Part shown: positions 54,289 to 64,000 of the stretch, piece after piece
Layout: every line of letters starts with the position of its first letter
Numbering within the stretch: position 1 is the first letter of the stretch
Assembly: GCF_009914755.1 (NCBI RefSeq)
Contig: NC_060936.1
DNA length: 64,000 nt
Direction: 5' to 3' (one strand)
Source: the human T2T-CHM13v2.0 reference genome, Homo sapiens
The notes under the pieces: generated by a model
The model's database searches: none
What the model was told of the DNA's origin: nothing
The model's input: the letters and a program-made list of their open reading frames with translations, nothing else
Program-made: the position numbers and the translations under genes

Positions 54289-54299
54289 GGGCTACAGGG

Positions 54300-54935
54300 C
54301 ACTTGCTCTTTCCTTAGTAGTTACCCTTTGCCCAGCTCCCTGGAGTCTTCCTGTGCAGATGCACAGCTTTGTATTCAACCAAAGACTCACGGGGCTCCCG
54401 ATGCGAATTCATAGAACTTCTTCACAGCACTGGTCTAAGTCTCTCCATTACGTTGCCTGGTAAATACAGCTGCCTCAGCAGCTCTGAACTTAGAGATCTG
54501 TTTCCGTAGCTGAGCAACACCACTGTGCTGTTATTTGAGCTCCCTCACTCTGCATTACAGAGTGGGAAGTGCCCCCAGGAAGGTATGCTGGTGCTGGTGG
54601 GGCTCCTCTTTGTTTTCTTTTGCTCCAGGATTACATACCTGATGCTCAATGCCTGAAAGCCGTTTCTCTCTCTCTCTGTGTCTCTCTCCATCCATCCGTG
54701 TGCGCGCGCACACCCACACAGACACAGACATACCCACACACACACAATACTACTAGAATATAAATGTAATATATATATTCTAGTATATATATATTTATAT
54801 ATGTATGTGTATATATATTCATATTCTAGTATTAAATATGAATGTGCATATATATTCATATTCTAGTATTAAAGTTGTTTATGGTAAGAGGGCTAGCTGG
54901 TACCAGCTACTCTATCATGAATGAAAGTGGACATC
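54300..54935 (-). mobile_element. L1ME-type 5' end with internal CA/TA low-complexity block
   Basis: agctttgtattcaaccaaagactcacgggg...gtgcccccaggaagg...gttgtttatggtaagagggctag...tactctatcatg. Confidence 0.65.
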
Positions 54936-55294
54936 TTAGGAGCATTTTAGCTGAATGGACTGTAGTAAGGAGTCAAAAATCCCACAGAGACCAGAAAAAG
55001 TGTTCACATCAGAGTCTAAAGCCCATTTTCATGAACAAATTGTGCCACCCCAATATCTCCTATTTTCATCCTTATATTTGCTTTAGTATTCTTTAATAAA
55101 AATGACAAATGGAATCTGATTGCAGTCCACTTTTTAATGGTACTTTAAATTGTAAATGAGTCATATGTTAATTCTCTTAAAGTATTGCTGAGAACCTATC
55201 CAATGTTTTAGATATTTTATTGCTCTTCAGTAAACCTATGTGTTCAAAACTATTTATCAAATAAATAAATAGTAAAAAATTGAATGAGGCAATC

Positions 55295-55570
55295 AAGGAA
55301 CATTGAATGGATATTTATTGCTATCAGAGACTTGTTTTTTTTTAGGTGAGATAATGTTATTTTTTAAAAATAGTTCTTCTATTTTAGTATTACATGCCGA
55401 AATATTTACAGAAGCTATAAAATGCTTTCTGGGATTTGTTTAAAAATTATCTGGGGACAGAGGAGAAAGTGGTTAAGTATTGAGATAAAACAAGATGGCC
55501 GTGAATAATTATAACTGTTTAAGCTATTGCAATTATTAATAACTTTCAAGTTATTGTTACTGGGTGTACA
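55295..55570 (+). mobile_element. L1MC4-like 3'UTR fragment
   Basis: ttttaggtgagataatg...gaaatatttacaga...tctgggatttgtttaaaaattatctgggg...aaacaagatggcc. Confidence 0.7.
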
Positions 55571-58201
55571 CACACATATACCATAAACTTATGGTGCTAG
55601 GAAGTATATTCATTGGTAAACAGAGGCTGATATATTCCCTGACCTCTGAGCTTAAATAGCAATAAAGCCATTAATAAGACAGAGACAGTCTGTGACCTCA
55701 AGGGTCTTATGTGTTCTTGGAGGTATACTGGCATTGAAAAATAATTGCACAAATAATTTCTTACCATTGCATACGTCCTACAAAGGACAATATATAGGGG
55801 GATGAGACTCAGAATGACATGGTTGAGATTAAAGTCAGACTTCATGCCCTGATTAATATCTAAATCTGGAACTGACAAAAAATAGCTTAAATGTTCATCT
55901 CTCTCCATGACTTTACTTGAAGTACACTTACATATAATTTTTTGACATATCGCTATTTCTCTTTATGAAAAAAATACATTATGGAGCCATTTAAATGTTC
56001 AGAAATAGACCACAATGGATAAGCCAATAACAATAACTTTTCTTAGAAACAAATAATATGATCCTGTTTAATACTCTATTTTATCATGGGAACAGACACT
56101 TTATATTTTCCCTAGGGCTGGATTATAGAACCAGAGTTAGCCACAAAATGTCAATTCTCTCTACTCAAGAAAATATCTCAATCTCCAGGAGCCTTCCTAA
56201 CCTCCTCATTTCAGTCCAGCATTTTAGAATGATTGCATCCGATCTCTAATTGTGTTGGGCAGAAACAAGCACTCCTAAATGTACATGACAGGAGGTAGCA
56301 GTGGTGGCAGAGGCTCTTTTCCAAAGCTGTGTGATTGTCTGGAGTACTTCTTTGGGCTACCCAGCCACGGCTGCTCTGATTACTTCCTTCTCCACATTTT
56401 TTATCTTGAGTTCTTTTAGCTAAAAGTTAGCTTCATTTTTTTAAAGTCTCTGAACTCTTCTTGATTACTTAAATGAATGTAAGTGGCTTCAGTATCTACA
56501 AACTCATTATATGCTGTACCAAATTTATTAATAAATTAACCATAATTCAGCTTGCTTCTGTATAATGGAGTTTTTGCTGGAGGTGCTGTAATTGGAAGAA
56601 CACCACCAATTGCTTGTTATTTAATCTAGTGATTTATACAGATTTTTTAAATGCATATAATGGGAAACCAATTAGCATTAGTTGGGAGATTTATTTCTCA
56701 ACTTATTTTTGGACTCAAATAATTAAACACAGCTACCTGAAATAACTGGTAATGAGCTGAAACTAGATGAAACTGTAAGTTATTAATTGACTCATCAACT
56801 CATATGACAAAAACTGTTCAGTTAATATTTTTAGGGATTAAACAAATTTCTTTGGGGGAAGAGGATAGACAGTGGTCCTAACCATAGGCAAGAAACTTCA
56901 ATTTTCTCTTTCAATATAAACTTTGTGAATAGTTTTAAGCTCAAAATATCTAAAATTCAAAAATAGACTTCGATAAGGGTGGCAAATGCTGGAAGCCTGT
57001 GCTGTAACAATGCAGGGAGATTTTGTCAAGCCATGCGATTTTATCACAAAAGCCCATGTCTTGCAAAGGAGGGCAGGTTTCCATGTTTGTCTTTTGGTCA
57101 GCTCTTTGCATTGTTGATTGATTCCCTGTAATGCTGTTGTCAGTATTTTATCAAAAGTCAGATAGATCCCATGACTGGCATTTTGCCTTTTTAAAACATC
57201 CCCTTTGCCATTACAGAGAATTGAAACCTCGAAGCCAGCTGGGAATGGCTAGTAGCCTTTTAATTATTATTTATGAATTCATCAGAAAGAAATATTGACT
57301 TCTAATTAAAGCCAGAAAATTACTCCTGGAATAAATTGATAAAGGTCAGTTTCTTTGCAAAGAACTTCTCTGTGTGTCTCTATGTGTCTTATGTTATCAC
57401 TATTATAAATAAGGCAGCATTCAATCTGTCTGTAAGAATAGGTGAAGATAACTAATTGTTATATTAGTTCTTGCTTTTGGTATTGAATTTCAATTAAACT
57501 TTTCTATTGCTTTTGCTCTTCTCGGTATTTTTCTCTTCTGAGGCTGAGAAAAACTGCTCTGTTTTAAAAACAATTAGAATGTACCTTTTTTTCCCTGAGA
57601 AAAATAATTTGTGTGGTTTTGGTCTAAGAGAATTAAAATGGTAAAAATACTTTAGAGTCCTACTTCCTAACAAAAGAGAAAGTCTTTCACCGATTATAGA
57701 AAGTTCTAGGAAAAGCACTGGTCTATTTTGGATTAGGAAACTCAAAGTAAATCAAAATACTGCAGTAATCAAAAGAAATAATCAAAGAAATAGCCTCATT
57801 TGAGATTTTGGCACAGTGAATAGATATTTAAATATTTAACAACTCTTTTTATCTCTACCTGTTCACAAGTCATACACAGGGAGTTGGGATGAAATTTAAA
57901 AACTGCCTATTGACTTTGAAATTAAAGTAGGTATTATGCCCAGGTTTTGAATAATTTCCCTTCTGTTTGTCAGTAGGCTCTGCTCTCAGTTTTCCTGGGG
58001 TGAAATTAATTGTGTGCCTAAGGCAGTGTTTATTATGTTGTATTGATGCTACATATACTCACTCATATTTTTAGATTATTGATCAAGTTTTGAAATCTAT
58101 CAACCTTGAAAAAATATCTTGGGGATGATTTCTGGGAGCTTGTTAATCAAATTTAATGAGAAATTAAAAATCAAAATCTTTCTAAATTAAGCATTTTAGA
58201 G

Positions 58202-58394
58202 TAGAGGTTTGCAAATGGGGGTGAGTTTAGCAATGGCTGAAGATGTTTTGGTTGTCACAAATATGGGGGCAGGTGCTACTGACATCTCGTAGGCACAGGA
58301 TACTACTAAACATCTTACAACCTACAAGGCCACCCTCAACAAGAAAGAGTAATCTACCCTCAAATATTAATAATACAGGAGTCAGGAAACCCTA
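58202..58394 (+). mobile_element. MER20 (hAT-Charlie)
   Basis: ttttggttgtcacaa...gtgctactgacatct...ctaaacatcttacaa; 8-bp TSD ttttagag/atttagag. Confidence 0.85.
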
Positions 58395-58697
58395 ATTTAG
58401 AGAAATATGATAAAGTGTTGTTCAATGATAATGGTGACTCAACACTAAAACTTCACACTGGGAAAAAGAAGTTTAAATAACAATGAGATGCCTTTTTCCC
58501 TTAGAGTAACAAAAATGAAAGGAAGTGACAGCATCCAGTCCTGGCTAAGATGGGAGGAAGCAAACATCCTCATTGGTGGAAGTAATCTGGCAATCTTTAT
58601 TAACCATGTAACTTTCCTTTGACTCAGTGGTCTCCCATTTGAAAACATCAATATAAAAAGATAGAGCTTTTTTGTTGTGTTTTAAAAAATACTGAAT

Positions 58698-59039
<342 letters not shown>

Positions 59040-60189
59040 CTATACATATATATGGGGAACAAACCTCAACTTTAATAAATAGGGGAATGGTTTGTGGGGC
59101 TTGTATAATATAGATTATTATGCGTTTATTAAAGTGAGTTTCATCTATATCTAATGACTGTGAAGGATATCTATGATGTTTTACTGGGTGAGAAAAATCA
59201 GTTTCACAGTAACATGTATATTTGAAGCTCATTTTTATAAAACAAACAGCAAACATTTCTGTATGTATGTGTGTATACTATTGCATATTTTTAATGAGCA
59301 TGCAGAAGACAACTTGGCCAGTGTTTGATTTGGTTATCTCATTGGAAGAGAGAAGAATGAAGATCACTGGGAGTTAATCATGAAGTTTTCTCTCTTTTGA
59401 TTTCCTTTTCCCTTTCCAATTTTACGTTTCTATATTACCTTTGTATGTACAAACAGTGTAACAAAGAAAAGCTTAAGAAAAGTTCTTATCACCCTTCAGC
59501 AACTATTTTATGTTTAGTATTATTGTCTTGTGAACCTCATGGAAATTTATACTATGCTTAGTGTAATTACAAGAAGGGTAGTTAGGTTTTATTTTTGGAT
59601 TTGTTTTTCTCTTTGTTGATGGATAATGCCGAAACTTAAGGTATTGAAAAATGTATATCTCTATCTACTTTTTAATACACTCAGCACATACTTTAGATAT
59701 AATATACAAAATAGACTTCATATGATAAAAATAGCTGCAATGATGGCATACAAGAAAGGTGCAATCAGACCTGCCGAGCCACTTCCTGGCATGTACTCAT
59801 GACCATCCACTGAGAACTGCCCAGGGACCTGTTGACGAAAGGGCATTGTTGTTTTCCTTGAAGTCAACCTCAAAGGTTAGGAACCTTTCCTGAATCTTTT
59901 ATTATGTCTATGCTTCGGATAGTTTTGATACCTCAATAATGTAGAAATTGTTGAAATTTTGAGAATAGTGATGAAATTATTTTCTTATCTTGAAAATTAC
60001 ATGTAAACACTTTGGTGCATAAATTATAGTTAAAATATGCTATGGGCTATTGTTAGCAGAGGAAAAGAACACTGGGAAAACAAGGGTCAGCAGTCTTTTC
60101 AGACCTTAATTAGGCTAGTACAGAAACCACAACAGGAAAGTGTTAACTGATCCTCTTATCCTGGCCCCAACCTACCCCGCAAAATCAGC

Positions 60190-60410
60190 CAGCATTGCTG
60201 AGTCCATATTATGTCTCTGATCTTACTGTGCTCAGTTCATACATCTTGATTATTTTAATCTTAATGACAATGAGAATGTGCTATCTTCATCCTTATTCTA
60301 TATAAGAGAAAAGAGACACAGAGAGGTTAGGCAACTTGCCCAAAGTCACATAATTACCATGGGACAGCCAGAGCCAGAGCTCCAGCCAAGGAAGACTGAC
60401 TCCAGAAATG
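60190..60410 (-). mobile_element. MIR
   Basis: gacacagagaggttaggcaacttgcccaaagtcaca...gactgactccaga. Confidence 0.8.
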
Positions 60411-61849
60411 GTATAAGTAGAGTGGAAATTTAAGACTATGGAAATTGAAGTGTCTTATTATTTTCTTCCATGCATGATTTTTAAAAACAAACAAAAAAAT
60501 CAGTACATTCTAATTCGACAAATTCTTAGCTTTAGTAATAGGTTAATTTGGTTAAGAGGACCCTTATGGATTAATTTAAGAATTGGTATCACCTACTATG
60601 TTATTAACATTTGATTTTACCTAGAAACTGGTCATAATTTTAAATAATGTTGTTTATTTGGGCCCAGTAAATAAATAATATAATTTTTTCAGCTTCTTCT
60701 CTTCTTTCAAATGAGTATGTGCATATGCATATGTTTGTGTAATTGATTTGGAGATTAGTTTATAGGCAATCCAGTCTCCTATAAATAAAAATATTGAAAG
60801 TTTAAACCATTTGGGTCATAGACCAGTCTTACTGGCCTGGTGATCTTGTGTCTGTGATAATGAATGCAGTTCTATTACCATTTAATATCTCCTTCAACTG
60901 AATTGTGACACCAATACATCACAGAATGTAGGTTATTAGGTGAATAAAAATAAATGGTTTGAGAGTGCTTTCTCACATTTGAGGTTTAATTCTCTCTCTG
61001 CTGGGAGTGTTATATTGAGAAGGACATATTTTGCAGATCTTTCAGCCTTTGCAATTTCAGTCTCAATTTCTGTATTTTTCCCCTTTATAATTTCCATGTT
61101 CCTATGCAGTTCTTCAGTTGTAATGCCCACCACTAGATTACTGGCTTTGGGGGGTAAATTTTGTGTCTAAGTTTTCTTGTCACTAGTGGGTATTTTTTCC
61201 CTTCTCGTTTTATTGCATAGATTTTTCACGTAGCACATAAAGCACATGTCCTAAAGTGAAAACACTGGGTATATTCCATTTTTAAGAGTCTGACCCTCCC
61301 CTGCCCCCTGCTTTTTTGCCCCAAGGAAGAGAAAACTCAAGACATGAAAAATTATAACAACTCATCCACTGGTTTTGATGAACAAACATTTGTACTGACA
61401 AAGTGAAAAAATATATAAGTGTGAAGATCTTTGACAAGAAGATTTCTGACAGTTGAGGTTATCTGAGCTGGGAATGAACAAAGAGGTGGGTGAGAGGGTG
61501 GGGAGAAAGAGAAGTGGTGGTGTCTCACATTCCTAGAGAGGACTGTGACACAGCCGACTGCTCTAAGGTCAGGCTCCCTAAGGGATAATTCTTCATCATG
61601 GCACCTAGCATGATAGAGGATGGGTGGGGTAATATCTGCTATTCCTTCTTCTTCATGCTTTCCTAGAAATAAAATCAAATAATGTAACTACCCTGAGGAA
61701 GAATCAACACAACTGAATTAATATATCATGGGGTTCTCTTTAAATGAGGGTGATAATTTTGGGAACAATGTATCCTATTGAACTGGGGTACTTCCCTTTT
61801 GTTCATCATAACCATCTCTTAGTTACTAGATATGGTCTTTTGCAGAGAG

Positions 61850-62345
61850 TGAATAAAGTCAAATAAGATGTGGTCCCTGCCCCCTAGGGGTACGTGATCA
61901 ATCTATTATGTAGACAAGCATTCCCAGAACTTATCTAGAACAAATCAGATTGAAGTAAGAGCTATTATAAAGTACATGAGTTATGTGAGATTGAAAGAGA
62001 ATGAGAGATTAATTATAATCAGGGATGAGAAATCTAGGAAGACTTCCTGGAGGAGGTAGTATGTGAGCAGGGCTCTACACAAAGGTTAGGACTTTGGCAG
62101 GAAAAAAGTGGGAGATAAGTGGGAGGAACAAAGAAGAATGCAAATTGTGCCACGTGACTACCTCGAGATGGTTGAAGTAGAGGCTATCAGAGAGGCTGTA
62201 GTCAGATAAATTAGGGATCCAGTTAAAGGGCTCTTAGCACTACTTTGTAGATAACATGGAACGGCTGAAGATTCTTCAGGAAGGAAGTGACATGGTTGTA
62301 TTGTGCTTTAGAATATAATTTTGTTTGCTCTCTAGAATAGGGCAT
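61850..62345 (-). mobile_element. L2 fragment
   Basis: atgtggtccctgccc...ggaagacttcctggaggaggtag...aggaagtgacatg. Confidence 0.7.
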
Positions 62346-62439
62346 TAGAATCCAGATACAGTCTGTTCGCTTTGGAATACAGCAACTACCATTTCTCTTA
62401 ATTAACCCCTTGGTCAGTAGCCATTTCTTCGTAGCCTCC

Positions 62440-62915
62440 TTCTTGAACTTCCCTTGCTCTGTTGGTGTCTTCAATGTTTGTTTCCGAGGCTCTGTCCTCA
62501 GCCCTCTTCTTTTCACTGTTTTCTCTGGCTCAGTAAATGTATCATAACATGCAATGGCTTCAGCTACTGCAACATGGCTTCAGCTACCAAAATATGCTAA
62601 TGATTTCCCAAAACACATTTCCATGTCTCTTGTCTTTCAAATGCCCCAAACCAGCATTTCCAGTTTACTTTACATGACCTGGTATTTTCAGCTATGTCCC
62701 CAAATGTAACTTTGTATCTTTTTCCCAATACCTGTTCTTCATTTGTGCATCATTGCCATCTACCCAACTGTCCAGTGAAAATGTTGAAATATCCTCAATT
62801 TTGTTCCCGTCTATAGCTGACAATTGCATCCAATTAATCACCAGTCATAAATTCTACCTGCTAAATATCTCTGATATCTCTTCTTTCTTCATATCCCCAA
62901 AACCATGTCTGCAGT
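62440..62915 (+). mobile_element. L2 fragment
   Basis: ggctctgtcctcagccctcttcttttc...atatgctaatgatttccca (YADD remnant)...ttctacctgctaaatatctct. Confidence 0.75.
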
Positions 62916-63028
62916 TTAGACCAGTGCTTCTCTGCCTTTAGCATGCCTAGGGATCACCTGGAAAGTTTGTTAAAATGCACATCATGATTTTGTAAGTCTA
63001 GGGTGCGGCCTGAGAGCGAGCATGCCTC

Positions 63029-63077
63029 CCTTCCTTCCTTCCTTCCTTCCTTCCTTCCTTCCTTCCTTCCTTCCTTC
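63029..63077. repeat. (CCTT)n tetranucleotide, ~12 units
   Basis: Read directly from sequence. Confidence 0.95.
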
Positions 63078-63142
63078 ATTTTTTTGTTCCCCCCACCCTA
63101 AGAATATACCTTTCTAACAAGCTCCCAGGTGGTGTTGTTACT

Positions 63143-63518
63143 CGTATTAGTCCATTCTCACACTGCTATAAAGAACTGCCTGAGACTGAGACTGGATAAT
63201 TTATAAAGAAAAGAGGTCTAATTGACTCAAAGTTCCACATGGCTGGGGAGGCCTCAGGAAATTTACAATCATGGCAGAAGGGGAAACAAGCATGTCTTAC
63301 ATGGCAGCAGGTGAGACAGAGCAAGTGAACAGGGAAGAGCCCCTTATAAAACCATCAGACCTCATGAGAACTCACTTACTATCATGAGAGTAGCATGGGG
63401 GAAACTGCCCCTATGATCCAATCACCTCCAACCAGGTCCCGTCCTTGACATGTGGAAATTATGGGAATTACAATTTGAGATGAGATTTGGCGGGGGGACA
63501 CAGAGCCAAACCATATCA
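63143..63518 (-). mobile_element. THE1D-like MaLR solo LTR
   Basis: gtattagtccattctcacactgctataaag...ttataaaaccatcag...agccaaaccatatca. Confidence 0.9.
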
Positions 63519-63685
63519 GCAGTACTGTTCCCAGGATCGTACTTTGAGTTGCAGGGGTTTAGAATAACATACATCTTTTGTCTGGGCTACTGAAGCAGTT
63601 TCTAGTCTTTTTGTCTTCTAGATCATTTCTCCACATTGACAGATTCCCTCATTTTAACGGTTTTTTGGTTGTTGTTTTCTAGAGC

Positions 63686-63851
63686 AGGTGTTGACAAACT
63701 TTTTCTGTGAGGGGTCAGTTAATAAATACTTTAAACTTTGTAGGCTTTATGGTCTTTGTAGCAACTGTGCAACACTGCTATTGTAGGGACTAAGGAGCCA
63801 TAAATGAATGATTTGGATTTTGCCCATTTGTCATAGTTTGCCTATCTCTTG
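63686..63851 (+). mobile_element. MER58A-like MITE
   Basis: caggtgttgacaaactttttctgtga...ctttgtaggc...catagtttgcc. Confidence 0.7.
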
Positions 63852-64000
63852 CCCTGATGAGGTTTAAATTTCCTAATGTGACTTACAAGGTCCTTTAATT
63901 GGCCCTAACCTAGAATCCAGCCTAATTGTCTGTCTTCCCCATGCAACTGTTCTTTGCATAAAAAACACTCTGTGATGGGTCACACTTCCATGCCTTTGCA

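Larger units (their letters stand above)
62922..63557. mobile_element. MER5A split by (CCTT)n and THE1D
   Basis: cagtgcttctc...atcacctggaaagtttgttaaaatgca...tctaacaagctcccaggtg | ...cgtactttgagttgcagggg. Confidence 0.75.

Noticed and set aside
60936-61133. 65-aa coiled-coil-looking ORF
   Set aside because: No splice signals or recognisable homology; composition explained by a purine-rich strand.
61529-61662. Possible minus-strand exon (tttatttctag|G...aat|gtgaga)
   Set aside because: No recognisable protein, no partner exons; such splice-like sites are common by chance.

Overview
Human non-coding DNA: AT-rich, CpG-depleted, no CpG island, and carrying a human-specific AluYa5. It is an intron or intergenic interval and I can support no protein-coding exon. 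The supplied ORFs are remnants of L1, Alu, LTR or Tigger elements, or chance ORFs. A large part of the window is interspersed repeat: Alus and FLAMs, a near full-length L1PB1, two internally deleted L1s, L2/MIR/L3, ERV1 and MaLR solo LTRs (many with readable TSDs), and Tigger, hAT and mariner MITEs. The best hit is a chimeric retrocopy: U3 snoRNA nt 1-70 fused to a ~6.2-kb L1PB1, sitting inside one split MLT1J-like LTR (22530-28798). U3-L1 chimeras are a known class, so this is not a new system, but the nearly complete L1 partner is unusual. Also notable: an L1 with two microhomology-bounded deletions, two ancient CR1-type RT fossils that still translate recognisably, a long L3 broken up by many later insertions, a four-level nested TE stack ending in a MADE1, and a probably polymorphic AluYa5. 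Subfamily names come from recalled consensus sequences and need Dfam/RepeatMasker confirmation. Boundaries without a TSD are approximate.
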